DNA of 63,847 nucleotides, the filler included, from Rhabdomonas costata (taxonomy: Eukaryota), in assembly GCA_019059605.1 (NCBI GenBank). It is 40 parts of 40 records of this genome, joined end to end, with 100 filler letters (N's around TTAATTAATTAA, not from the genome) between each part and the next. Parts side by side here need not be neighbours in the genome. Positions count along the whole stretch, not along the records: positions 1 to 1,501 come from JAHMHO010014411.1; positions 1,602 to 3,100 come from JAHMHO010014412.1; positions 3,201 to 4,697 come from JAHMHO010014413.1; positions 4,798 to 6,296 come from JAHMHO010014414.1; positions 6,397 to 7,895 come from JAHMHO010014415.1; positions 7,996 to 9,493 come from JAHMHO010014416.1; positions 9,594 to 11,092 come from JAHMHO010014417.1; positions 11,193 to 12,691 come from JAHMHO010014418.1; 32 more parts are not named here. The stretch is one strand, 5' to 3'. Position 1 is the first letter of the stretch; the number at the start of each line of letters is the position of its first letter. This document shows, piece after piece, positions 1-11,866 of this stretch. Made by a program: the position numbers and the translations under genes. The notes beneath the pieces were generated by a model, which was given only the letters and a program-made list of their open reading frames with translations, was not told where the DNA came from and did not search any database.

Positions 1-1
1 G

Positions 2-348
2 TTGTTGGTGAAGCCTCTAGACTTGGTGGATGGGGTTAAGGGGTTCTCAAGGGTGGACCTTCTTCTCGACAACACTAACCTCTGGGTGAGCTTGGAAAAA
101 GCTGCTCTGCTGCTGCTGAAGGGAGCAGGACAGGTTACACCAGATTTTATCGCTGTTTTAGTAAAGGGGTTCTCGAGAGTTGACCTTCTTGTCAACAATG
201 CCGAGCTGTGGGATTCTCTGGGGAAGGCCGCAGTCGCTGGGAGAAACCAGATGAGCATGCGCGATGTGGCGGACTGCCTCGCGGGGTTCTCCAGAGTCGA
301 GAGCCTTCTCAGCAACAAGGACCTCTGGGAGGCATTGGCCACCGCGAG
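2..348 (+). CDS. Partial 39-aa helical-repeat protein (GFSRV...N..LW..L..AA repeats)
   Basis: Three repeats: KGFSRVDLLLDNTNLWVSLEKAA, KGFSRVDLLVNNAELWDSLGKAA, AGFSRVESLLSNKDLWEALATA. Same family as 21083-21600. Confidence 0.75.
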
Positions 349-349
349 C

Positions 350-830
350 TCGCAGCATCCCGAGGAATCATTCCGCCCAAGGCAGGAAGAGTGACCACCA
401 CAAGGGCATCCCAGAGCTCTCGGTGGGTGCAAAGGGACTCCACTCTGGAAAACCCATTCACAAAAACCGCGGCAAGCCTGGAGTCTGCAAGGGGGATTTT
501 GAAGGACCCATGGTTGCCCACCAAGACAACCAGAGACCGAGCCAGCGTCTCCCACACCGCCTGTTTGGAATGAAGCTCAGAAGACCGGGACAAAGTGCTC
601 ACGCATCTCGCCAAAGCCTCAGCGTTGAAGCTTGGAGAACGGGAAATGACCTCCTCCAGCAGCTGTGAGAGGTGCAGCCCATCTGCTTCGTTCCGCTGCG
701 AGAAGCTGTTCTTCACCAAGCAATGAAGCTCCCAGGTCAGCTTGTTGACATCGAACCCCTGGGACCCCGGCATGCCGTGCTGATCCGGGGCAGAATGTGA
801 CAGAGGGGCTGACGCTTTCATTTCTGATGC
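350..830 (-). CDS. Partial protein of the same 39-aa repeat family, opposite strand
   Basis: ORF 309-956(-) contains STLSRSSELHSKQAVWETLARS and NGFSRVESLCTHRELWDALVVVTLPALGGMIPRDAA, matching the repeat register. Confidence 0.7.
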
Positions 831-1210
831 AAGAAACGGAGCAGCATGGTGCAGACATCGGGAGGAATAGATGGGAGTTCGACAGATGCGAAAGAGCCCG
901 AATCCACCGAGCAGGTCGTGGTGAACCAATGACTGCCGCCACATCTCGGAGAGCAAGAGCTGCCCGATTAGGGCAATTTGGAAAAACTCCCAAAAGCTGC
1001 ACGCAGAACGGGAAAATGTGGTATTCAGTCAGCTTGCAGTTTTCAGCTGGAAAAGAGTTGGGTTTGATTTAGGGTCAGTTTAGGGTAAGAAATTTGTGCC
1101 AAAGGTTGCACAAATATTCGATTTGGGAGCCGAACGGTCTGTACGTTGATGGGCATCGGTGACAAAACAGGGCCCAATGGATGCAACAGAAACCAAAGGC
1201 CGTTAAGCAG

Positions 1211-1377
1211 GTGTGTGTTGGGCGCATTGCGCGCTGGCTGTTGCCTGGTTGACTGGTTGCTTGGTTGATGGTGACCACTGGGGACTGACGGGCACACGCG
1301 CTGTTGGCCACGGGTGCTCGCGAGAGGCGCCGTTGGAGCGAACGGTGCCGTGGGGAACCGGAACCGGCTCACCGCCG
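1211..1377 (-). repeat. Interspersed repeat copy 1 (SINE/LINE-like 3' end with (CA)n tail on the - strand)
   Basis: About 165 bp highly similar to 15727-15893 in an unrelated contig; both copies end in a GT/CA run. Confidence 0.8.
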
Positions 1378-1501
1378 AACGTTCCACATCTGGTAACCTC
1401 TCTTCTGCTACACGGGTCCCGAGCCATTGTCGCGCAGCTGCTCTTTTCCAGCGGCTAGCTGCATTGCTCCGTTGTTGCTCAGGTCTCTGCGACCACACAC
1501 C

Positions 1502-1601
1502 NNNNNNNNNNNNNNNNNNNNNNNNNNNNNNNNNNNNNNNNNNNNTTAATTAATTAANNNNNNNNNNNNNNNNNNNNNNNNNNNNNNNNNNNNNNNNNNN
1601 N
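1502..1601. other. Artificial contig spacer N44-TTAATTAATTAA-N44 (first of 39, recurring every ~1.6 kb)
   Basis: Identical N-padded 12-mer with TAA in all six frames recurs at ~1.6 kb intervals; the flanking sequences are unrelated. Confidence 0.99.
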
Positions 1602-4347
1602 GTGTTTGTGGGGGGAAGACCGATGGGAAGACACTGGAAGTGTGGTGAAGGTACTCTAGGTTACGGAGACGCTAATCTACCAATACCCCCGTGAAGGGGT
1701 TTGCGGCCCAGTGTCGTGACAGCGGCTCCCTGCACCCTGCACGGTGTGCGAATATGTTTGTGCAACTCCACCTCTCTGCTGTCAACCCCAACCCTCCAAA
1801 GGCTCTGCAGGGATGACTTTCCCCCGTCTTCTGTGCCGTTCGGCTGCCCTGCTTGAGCGTTTATACACTATGTTATGGCCCATTCGTCCAGTTTTTAATG
1901 CACTTTTCCCTTGTGCCGGTACTTTTGTTCTCATAGGGAATGCTGGGGAAGCTTTGCTCCCCAGCGAGAGAGGTGACGCGCGCACCCTGCCTCTGGGCCG
2001 TGCTGCTATGTTTCTCTCTCTCTCTTTGTTTTTGCTTTTTGGTTTGTTTGAGCTAACCCACCCATCAAAAGGAAACCACAATTGTCTCCAGAAGCGACCT
2101 CCTCGTTTTCGACGTTGTATTTCCTTTGTTTGCCTATTTGGCCTCCCAGACGTCGATTTTCGGCAGCTGAAGCAGATCAGTGCAAGCCTGTATTGAAAGG
2201 CTAACGTCTTGAAGGACAATTCCTTCTCCTTCTTCGTTCACCTCGTTCACTTTCACGGTAGTAACGCTTGGGTCTCTTGCTCCTTCACAATTAAGCTGAG
2301 TGATGACTTAGGGCATGCCCACTTGGAGGGTAACCACGTAACCACCCTCATTCCGAACCTGCCTGCGCTTCTCATAGAAGCGGCAATGGGAGGCCCCCGT
2401 GACTTCACAATGTAAGGAGACCAAAAGGACCCCTCCTTTGACAACATTGGTGAGCTCTGTCCGGCATCGTCCTTCCCTCCCTCCCTCTCTCCCTCTCTCT
2501 CTCTCTCTAATTTATGAATGGTTCACAAAGTGGAGCCCGCGGGCAACGGGTCGGCAATTCTCCACTCCTTCTGTAACTTCTGTAACTTTTTGGGCGGACC
2601 CTCATCCACTCGCATACCACACCTTTATTTCGGTTGTTTTCAGTCGGCTTGCCTGTTGCTCGTGGTGGTGGGGGTGGAGGCTACTCCCTTTTCGGTGTTA
2701 TTTTCTTTGGTCTCCTGTGGACGATTGTGTAACGACGTAGCCCGGGAGTTTCAGAGATTTGAATGGCTGAGCCTTCCTCAAGCAATGGCGCCCCGCACTC
2801 TGGGGAAACCCTCTCGTCCTCTGCCGAAGGGAAGCCCCAGCTCCCCGCGCTTAGCAAGGAATTCCGTGCCAGCCTCTCGGAGATGATCCGTGCCACGCAG
2901 CGGCTCCAGCAGCACCTCGACAGACTGGCCTTGGGCTCTGCCCCCGCCCCAGCTCCTCCTGAGGGAGTCGGCACCCGGAATCCCAACCTTCCCCAACCTC
3001 CACTTTTCTCAATCACGGGCTAATTCTTTCCTGATTCTTTTTGGAGGTCTTCCCACCAACGTCGTGCAATCTCACTTGAGCTATGTTCGCTTCCCCCCCC
3101 NNNNNNNNNNNNNNNNNNNNNNNNNNNNNNNNNNNNNNNNNNNNTTAATTAATTAANNNNNNNNNNNNNNNNNNNNNNNNNNNNNNNNNNNNNNNNNNNN
3201 GTGGTGGTTTAGGGTGTAATAGTCGTTGTTGTGTGTTATTCTCTATAAAAATGCTGGCGACTGTTGCAAATCACTAAATGTTGGTCTTGTGGGCATTGCA
3301 GCCTTTCAGCTGTACCTGACGGACCACACCACGCAAGCTCTTCTTGAAGCCATCGACACGGGGAGTCTTCCGATGAAGGTGTAGTTCTTGTGTGGGCTTG
3401 TTCGCCTGTTTTTCACGGACCTGCTTTCCTCAAAGTTCACAACTGGGAGCACGCTCCACAAATCAGGTGCGGAAATGTTGGTTCTGGTGGAAATTTGGAA
3501 TCTTTTGGACATTTTATTCCACAATCTGTCTACTGCGTGCTTCAGTTTCTCAAATTTGTCTGTTGCTCAGCTGTTCTTGAAGTAATGTGGGTGGATATAT
3601 TGGATATATTCCGTTCCCAACCAGCTGCTTCTGCTATAGTTTGTGTGAGGGGTCAAAAAACCAAACTGTGCGGGTCTTTTAGCAGCAACCGCCGGAATTT
3701 GAAGCAAAGTGCCTGAGTGTGTTCGGGTGAGCACAGACAACAGGGTTTTTATTGGCAGGCTGCCTCCTCCACGGTGCTGTCCTTCTGCCTTGACACGGCC
3801 GCTGGCACCAGAGGTTCGCTCGGGCACTGTCCGCACCATTTTTTCCTGGTGGTCTTGAAAATAGTGTGGAATTTTTTTCGCACGCATGGTGGTGTTCCGC
3901 GAAGCCTGGACCTTGGGGCGGAAGTGTGCATTGGCGTGCACGGGTGACCTGCATCCACCCCCTTGACACTCTGCATTGACACTCTCCACTGAACTCTGGC
4001 ATCTAACAATTCGCTTCATGTGATCGCAAAATGCAAACCTGGATAGAGGTACATTAAAAGGCCTTTACACCCTTTCGGAACACACGACATCCACTGCTAC
4101 TTTTCTCCTACTTTTCTTCATATTTTTCCTTTTTGATCACTTCAACACCCACTCATTCTACATCATGAACTCCTTGCTCACCAGTTTAGATTTTTGCATT
4201 GCCTTTCCCGCCGACCCTGAACACTCTGCGGGCTGCTCTCATGATATCCTTCTTGGAAAAGATATAGAAGGTCATGCAAAGCAGGAGCTCTTTAAAGCCT
4301 TCGCAGGCCATGACATCTCTTTCTTGGTGGGTTGTGTAGTGTGGGCC

Positions 4348-4393
4348 TGGATGGATGGATGGATGGATGGATGGATGGATGGATGGATGGATG
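4348..4393. repeat. (GGAT)n microsatellite
   Basis: Direct tandem tetranucleotide run. Confidence 0.95.
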
Positions 4394-5122
4394 TTTATAA
4401 GGTTGGGAGTGTAATTTGAGCAGGAGGGGAGTCTGGGTAGTCGTAATGCGTCAGTGCCGCTGAATGAAGTTAAGAGGGGATGAAAACAAGTCTAACGGTT
4501 TGAACGGTCTGCCCAAGGTCCAATTGAAAACAAACGAATTCATTCGAGGGCGAAGCGGAAGCAGGTCTGGGGTCTTTCATACAACGGTCTCCGCGTGTTA
4601 GACCGTCGCTCTGCTCTGTACTCTCTCTCAGTTTTACTTCATTTTCCTCTTCGGAATTTTCCTCTCCTTCTCAGCCGTGGCGGCGCACAACACCACCNNN
4701 NNNNNNNNNNNNNNNNNNNNNNNNNNNNNNNNNNNNNNNNNTTAATTAATTAANNNNNNNNNNNNNNNNNNNNNNNNNNNNNNNNNNNNNNNNNNNNCAA
4801 GGCAAGCCGCGCAAATTCAGGGGAAGTTTCTTATAGTTCTTTCCCCTTATAACACCACCTGGGTGGGATAAAAAAACAATGGTTCCAAACAAGCAGGTTG
4901 ATATGCCACGGAACGGTATGGCGTGCTGCGGTATGGCGAGGAAGGAAAGAAGATTACAGCACGACTCAAGGGAGGCCGAAATCCAGGTGACATACAGTCA
5001 CACATTCTTCCAATGCTAAAGTCACCGAAGGTTTTCCAAAGGTGTGAAAAGAAGCTCCTTCGGAGAGAGGTGTTCAAACACATCCACACGCACACAAACA
5101 TGGGAGAGCAGTCTGTGCACAC

Positions 5123-5803
5123 CGGCCTCCAGGTCCCTCATCACCGCAGCGACACGCTCCGCGCGGCAGTCCAGGCTGGTGCGCGCGTCCTTCAGCCCCG
5201 CCTGAATCCGGGCCAGCTCGGCCTCCTGCAGGGCCCGCGCCCCAAAGACTAGGGTCCGCAGCCCATCCCGGGCCAAGTCCCTGCACGTCTCCTCCAGCCA
5301 GTCGCTGGGCCGCACAATCGAGGCCATTACCGCATCCGCCCCTGAGGACAAGAAAAGCACTCCTCCCACTGTGGGCATCCGTGTGAGTGCACGTGAAAGG
5401 TTGGGGTGGGCAAGTTCATACTACGTTTGCCCTACCCTTTGCGCTAGCACATCACTTCCTTCCAAGGCATGCAGTCTGGGTCTCGTGGAATCCATGACCT
5501 CACTTCAAACCCTCAAAGTGATCCCATCCCGCACCCTTGGGCTCCAAGCATACACACAGAGGAGACAATGGTGAACGAGAGCATGCCCTTGGCGAAGAAC
5601 CACAGCTGCCCTGTGGCCTGGCAGCGCACGATGATCCCCATCCGCTTGCGCTCGCTGGTGAACGGAAAGACCTCCACGATGGTGTAAGTCACACAGTGCC
5701 CTGTGGGAAGCCTGAGGGTCAGGCTGTGCACGTCCCGCGCCACCAGAGCCACCCCGACGGACTCCGTGAACCGCACCAAGGCCACCTCGTCTGGGCTCGC
5801 GGC
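5123..5803 (-). CDS. P4-type ATPase (phospholipid flippase, NEO1/ATP9-like), two internal exons 5803-5587 and 5341-5123
   Basis: Motifs [28 protein letters not shown] (rebuilt across the intron) and [12 protein letters not shown]. The intron 5586-5342 is GC...AG. Confidence 0.93.
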
Positions 5804-6820
5804 CTGTGCCCCAGAGAGAAAAGCCAAATGAAGACCAAACCCTGCTTCTCAACGCTTGAGCGATCACAGAGAACGAGAGATGCACGGAGATGCACAGGGT
5901 GGGGATTGGACGCCAAGTGGGTTCAAGCGATGCACCATCCCATGGCGCAGTGGATTAGAGAAGGCAATGCACGTCTTGTTTTCGTGAACGCAAAGCTCCC
6001 CACCCCGTCTCAGCACCCTTGGAATCAGGACTGGATATGAGTCCGACCTGAAACTCCATCTAGCCTGAATCGTACCTATGGGACTGAAGATATGGCCAAG
6101 CATGGCATACGGTCCAACAAAAACCATTTAACTGGCGATGGTGGGGGAGTTGATGAGGTTGCTTAGAGCGAATGAGGCTGATCAACCAACTATCTCGGAA
6201 TATGAGGTAGAATGGTGCAGAAAAAAAGGAAAGACAAAAGTGACTCGCAAGAATGAAAGAAGATGAGTGCCTGATACTCCATCTACCCACAACCACNNNN
6301 NNNNNNNNNNNNNNNNNNNNNNNNNNNNNNNNNNNNNNNNTTAATTAATTAANNNNNNNNNNNNNNNNNNNNNNNNNNNNNNNNNNNNNNNNNNNNATAC
6401 CCCATCCTCATAAGGAGCAAAGGCTTGCTCCTTATGAAAAACTTTACCAGCACATCCCTATGGTGGCTGTGACAGTCCACAATCCAGAAAACGTCCAGAA
6501 AACGCCGCTGGACTTTTCGAAGACACTGCTCAAATGCTGTGGCCAACTGTTTAGTGGTATCCATTTTTGGATGAACGGAACGGCGAAACAGCGACGAAAC
6601 TTTGCACAGAGGGAATGCGAAAAAGGGCCAATCTACTTCAATGCCAAGGTTTTAAGGCTGAGTGTGCAGTTCTTTACAAGTCAAGAGCTCCAGGGTCTGG
6701 AGATTTTGATCATGGGATCGGCAGAGAAAGGCGGCCGGCGGGTTGACGTCTGCAAATTTTTTGTTGCAGAGGTTATGCGTGCAGATGCGTGGATGTGTGC
6801 GACATCCCATTTCCCGTCAG

Positions 6821-7591
6821 GGCTGCCCGCGATCTGCCGCATGGTGCTCACCAGGCTGAAGCCGCAACTTCCCCTGGGCCGTGCTGCCCGGCCCACGGAC
6901 ACCTGTGCGTTCTGCCTCGACGCTCTCGGCACCGGGGAGGTGTGTACTTGTGTTCTGGCCAACTTTCAAAGCGTTTATGAGGGCTGTCGTTGTACGTGTG
7001 CCGCAAAAGCACAACCTGATGCCCCTCCCTGTGGGCATTGCTGCTGAGGCTGCCTCCTTCGTTGCCGAAATCCCCGCTGCTGCTGCCGTTCTTCTCTGTC
7101 TTCATGTTTGTGGTGGATGAATTCCTTTGCACGACGCGCTGCGGGTGGTGTATTCTCATCGTCTGGTTTCCCGACCGGCACCAATAATCTAATGACCGGG
7201 AGTCACCCCGGAAATCAAGTTATATTTGAGCTCAAATTTTTGCCCTATTTTGACCATTTGCCCTATTTGGGGGCTTCCGTGGGTCAGAGTCAGATCCAGA
7301 CCAAACCGGCATACAGTATTTACACGGGTATCATCATGAATTAATGTCGACATACGCGGCGGGATGGTTATACTCTGAGTTTCTACGGTGCATGTTTGTC
7401 TCTGTCTCTCAAGGATTTCAGTGCGGTTCTTATTTTTTCCTCTATTTTCCGGCGTTTCCCCTTCTCACTACTCCCCTCAACTTCCCCTTTCTTCCAATTA
7501 CCCACCCCTGTACTCAGGTTGTCGTGCTCCCCTGTGGACACTCGCACCATGCCGACATGTTGGAGATGATGTGGACTGACTACAACCGCAG
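6821..7591 (+). CDS. RING-H2-like zinc-finger protein, exons 6821-6939 and 7518-7591
   Basis: Spliced via GT-AG phase-0 intron: DTCAFCLDALGTGE|VVVLPCGHSHHADMLEMMW. Confidence 0.75.
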
Positions 7592-8138
7592 GTCAGTTTT
7601 TGCGTGAGCGGGGACCTTTTGTCCGTGAACTGGAATGGAACTCCTCTCTTTCCTTTGCCGTTTCCTCGTGTCTGCATCCTTTTCAAGCTCTTCCAAAAGA
7701 TGAGGAAGAGAGAGTTCCCTTGAGTGAGGCCATAGGAGAAGTCTCATATCGTATCAGCTGTAGCCCTCCAAGTACACACTCTGCGAGGCACGTGAATTTC
7801 TGTCTGGTCCCGTCGCACAGCGCCGTTTGTGCTGCGGTGGACCTCTCCTCCACCCCTCCCTGGTGGTTGCATTTGGTATCGTCTTTCAAAAGACGNNNNN
7901 NNNNNNNNNNNNNNNNNNNNNNNNNNNNNNNNNNNNNNNTTAATTAATTAANNNNNNNNNNNNNNNNNNNNNNNNNNNNNNNNNNNNNNNNNNNNCACTC
8001 CGCATCAGCCGGTGCGCTGTGTGCTCATCCGGCTTGCACGCATGGCTCTCTGCTCTCCCCCGTCTGTGCTTCTACCACCCCACCCCTCTCTTTTCCGCGT
8101 GACCCGGTCTTCTGTATCCTTATCCTGTTCTGCGGCAG

Positions 8139-8696
8139 GTTGGGGTCATCATCTGTTGGGCGATGCTGATCACGTTCCTGAACCCCTCTGATGTGAAGCA
8201 CATCCCTGTTATCGTGTATCAAGGTTGGCTCTTTTGTCGTTTGTCGCTCTTCTAGCATCAGACAATACTATTCTCCTACATATCATCTTTGGGAAAGTGT
8301 GCGATGCCCATGGACAGCGGACGGCTGTGTGGGCTAATTCCTCGGCTGCACAACGGTTTGTCCATAATGCGTTATTATCCAGAAATCTTTGAAGTGCTGG
8401 TAGTCAAAACGAGCTCAGTCTGGAAAAAGCAACTTCTCAAAAGGCGTTCCCGTCCCCTGCTTCAAAAGCATAAAGATTGCATAAAGCACGCGCAGACGCG
8501 GACACAGTTGCACTCCGTTGCCGCACGCGTTTCTCCAGGGACCTTCAGCTGGCTGCACGTAGTGGTGCTGGTCTCCAGTGTGATGACCGTCGGCGGGTGG
8601 GCCACGCTGAACTTCACTCAGGACACCTTTGGGGACCTCGGGATCATCGCGCTGATGCTGATGGGCCTCATGTTCGGAACGGGAATCCTCACTCAG
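8139..8696 (+). CDS. SLC13/DASS-family Pho87/Pho91-like phosphate transporter, exons 8139-8223 and 8539-8696
   Basis: IICWAMLITFLNP...YQG|TFSWLHVVVLVSSVMTVGGW...TFGDLGIIALMLMGLMFGTGILTQ resembles the FGDMGIIAIIP..FFGTG.L segment of Pho87/91; phase-compatible GT-AG intron. Confidence 0.75.
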
Positions 8697-9928
8697 GTGA
8701 AAAGGAAGGGAGAGATGGGGGGAGCTTTCTTTCAATCTTTTTTGCCGTCACACGGACTTCGCAAGCGACTCCCTCCTTTTTAAGTGATTGCATTTGAATA
8801 GGCATCCAGATGCTCTGCTCCGCATACCTCGCGCATCTTTGGTGACCCACAATGATGTCGTTTTTTGGTTCTGCTGAAAAATTAAAAAAAAAAGACTTCG
8901 CGATTAAAACTTCACGATTAAAGACCTTCACGATGTTTAAAAGTTCCGTCCCACAAGTTGCAATGGATGTTTCTTCGCTTGTTGGTACGTTGGAAAAGCC
9001 TGTTGCCCGATATCGGGAGAGGGGGTTTGGTCTGGTTTCTATCTCAGGTGGACTTCAACTCCTTCCCGTGGAACCTGATCTTCCTGCTGGGCGGAGGGTG
9101 TGGCATATATAGCAATATTCACACACTAGACGACCATTAACGTCATCTGGGAATGGCGATTTGCTTCTTGTGGAAATCGCTTGGGATTGTTTGACTCTGC
9201 CATTGCCATTAAATCATTGGCGGAGCCGAGCGGCGTGGCAGGACAGCTGACGTATAGTTGTGGTTTCGTTGTGGTTTCCATTTTGTTTCGCTGAGAGACC
9301 CTGATGGAGGAGGATGCAGAGCAAACTCACACTGCGCTCTTTCCCCGGTTCAATGCGAGGCCACCACAGAGGAGGCTGCAGCTGATCCTCTGGGTCCTCT
9401 TACCGTTTTTTGACAGTGTGGTACGCCACACAAAGAACTGAATGGAAGAAGGGCTCAGCAAGGATAGACAACAGGGATTTGTAACCACAAACANNNNNNN
9501 NNNNNNNNNNNNNNNNNNNNNNNNNNNNNNNNNNNNNTTAATTAATTAANNNNNNNNNNNNNNNNNNNNNNNNNNNNNNNNNNNNNNNNNNNNTGATACC
9601 AAAGCACAATTTTCCCTCTTTCTTGTTGCACCATGATCTTCCCTTGCTCGTTCTGAAGTCTCAGGAGCCCAAGTCAAATTTGACCAAAATGCCCCCCTAA
9701 AAATGCCCGAAAATAACTAGAATTTGGCAAAGATTAGGCAAAAGTATGCTAAGAAAAACACATCTATCTTAAGTTTAATGCCCCTTACCCCGCCCGAAAA
9801 GTCAATGTTGAGGTCTACGGTGTGTGAAGAGTTATTTCACCATTTTAGGATCCGCTTTATTTTGAGTTTTGTCATTTTTTCATGATGACACCTGTTGGTG
9901 AGGGGGGCGCGCTCTCACAGGTGTTCCT

Positions 9929-11056
9929 GTGCCTCTTCGGCTTTCCGATTTGGACTCCGCCGAGGCTCGTTTGCGCCGCCTGTCCTCGCCTTTCGATGGT
10001 AATAGCAGGGAGCCACGCATTCAGACCACCAATATGACGCCAGGTGACCGCAACCTCAGAAAGACATTTGGTCGGGAAATGGCGAATGCGAGCCATACTG
10101 CTCCTTCCTCTGGATCTTCCATGAAGCCTGAGCGGACTGCTTACGCCACTGCACCCAGCCAGCAGTCATCAGACCGAAATCGAAAGCCCGCACCCCCCGC
10201 TCGGAACTTGAAGCAAGCGACGTTTGTTTCGGTTTCCACTTCCTTACAATCTTCTGATCGCCCCCATTCCAAGAATCTTGGCACTTCCAAGTCAAATATG
10301 CCCAATTCATGTAAGGCCGATGAACGAGCAGGTGGTTCTGAAGAAGCAGACCGTGGCCAGGGGAGAGCCGTGGAAAATCACCTATCGAAGAAATCGGTTC
10401 AGCAGAGAAGGCCGAGGACCTGGCAAGTAATTTCATCCTCGAGTGGTCTGACCGCTGGTCAACCTGAACTATCAACAGGGTCTGTCGTGCCTCAGGAGTC
10501 TCCGTCGAACGCCAGAATTTACTCTTCAGGCAGCCACAGTTTGGAAGGCTCAAACCCTCAGCAGGCTACTGTCTCTCATTCTGTAGCTTTGCAGGTGCAT
10601 ACGCAAGCTTCACCTTGTTATGCCTCGCATGATTCTGCAGATGCACGGAACTTGGTTGGAACTTGGCCTCGTGGCCGCAATCAGGAGTCAGTGTCCTCCT
10701 CCCACGACCGCGCTGAAGAGGGCAAAGGTGAAGCGGACCACTCTCGAACTGTCGGAACTTCTTTGTCAAGGAACTCTGCAAAACGAAGGAGCTGGCGGCT
10801 TGTGTCTCCCTCAAACGTCTCCAGTGCTAGGGCGAATTCTCCAGAAAAGGAAACCCAGGAGATTTTTCTGGCAGCGGAGAACGTTCCCATCAGCGTTCCG
10901 GTTAGCGTTAATGTTGCCAGCAGTGTTGAGCAGGACCTTGAGAAGCAATGTACTGTCTTACAAACGGGGCAGACTGCGACCACAGACACTTCTTCAGCAT
11001 CAGAGCTGAGCGTTCCGTCGGTCACGCTCGTCGAACAGGGAGATGCTGCCACTCAG
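9929..11056 (+). CDS. Long Ser-rich low-complexity exon, hypothetical protein
   Basis: Over 370 open codons ending at CAG|GTAGGT donor; no recognisable domain. Confidence 0.5.
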
Positions 11057-11192
11057 GTAGGTCTGCATTGCTGGCGCAGCTCCCACCCAACCNNNNNNNN
11101 NNNNNNNNNNNNNNNNNNNNNNNNNNNNNNNNNNNNTTAATTAATTAANNNNNNNNNNNNNNNNNNNNNNNNNNNNNNNNNNNNNNNNNNNN

Positions 11193-11866
11193 GTGTTGGG
11201 TGTGGTTGGTTTGGGCTGGGAGTAGTATGGGCTGATCTCGATCTGGTTCACCATCGGGGCCACCGTGGCGTCCTCTAGGAGCTCCTCCAGGTGCCGCACC
11301 AGGAAATTGGACACCCCAATGGCACGGGCCCGCCCACTGTTGTAGATCTCCTCAAAGGCCGCCCAGCACTGCCTCCGCAGAGCACGGTTCAGGGCACCAT
11401 CCTTGGTATGGAAGACACCCGGCCAGTGCATTAGGAGGAGGTTCACGTAGCCGAGGTTGAGCTCATCCAGACACCGCTCGAAGTCGTGCAGGACGCGGCC
11501 CTTGAGGTCCTTTTGAATCTCAGGGTTCAGCATATCCAGGGTCTTCCCAATGTGGTTCAGCCCCACAGGAACCGGCGGGTGGAAGACCTTCGTGGTGACA
11601 AAGACCTCATTGCGCTTAAGGCGGCCTGCTGCAAACTCTTGCCCCAGGGAGATCCCCACGATGCGGTGGGTACCATAGATCAACGCACAGTCCAAGTGGC
11701 GGTATCCCGCGCGCAGGGCAGCAGGAACGGCCGCCCATGCCTGCTCTGGCTCAAATCCAAAGAAGGTGCTCTTGTCCTCGGGGTTCCAGCTCCCGAAGGC
11801 ACAGCCGAAGCCCAAAGAGGGCATTCGGACCCCGTTCGAGAGGGTAAGGTGGGTAAGGTTGGCCAT
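11193..11866 (-). CDS. Aldo-keto reductase (3' truncated at contig end)
   Basis: LSNGVRMPSLGFG start; catalytic tetrad D/Y (HLDCALIYG), K (VFVTTK), H (LMHWP); RAIGVSNF; PMVNQIE. Confidence 0.96.

Noticed and set aside
2194-2196. TGA reassigned to Trp
   Set aside because: Conserved Trp positions in eIF3L, AKR and GT47 use TGG; other in-frame TGAs are in decayed elements.
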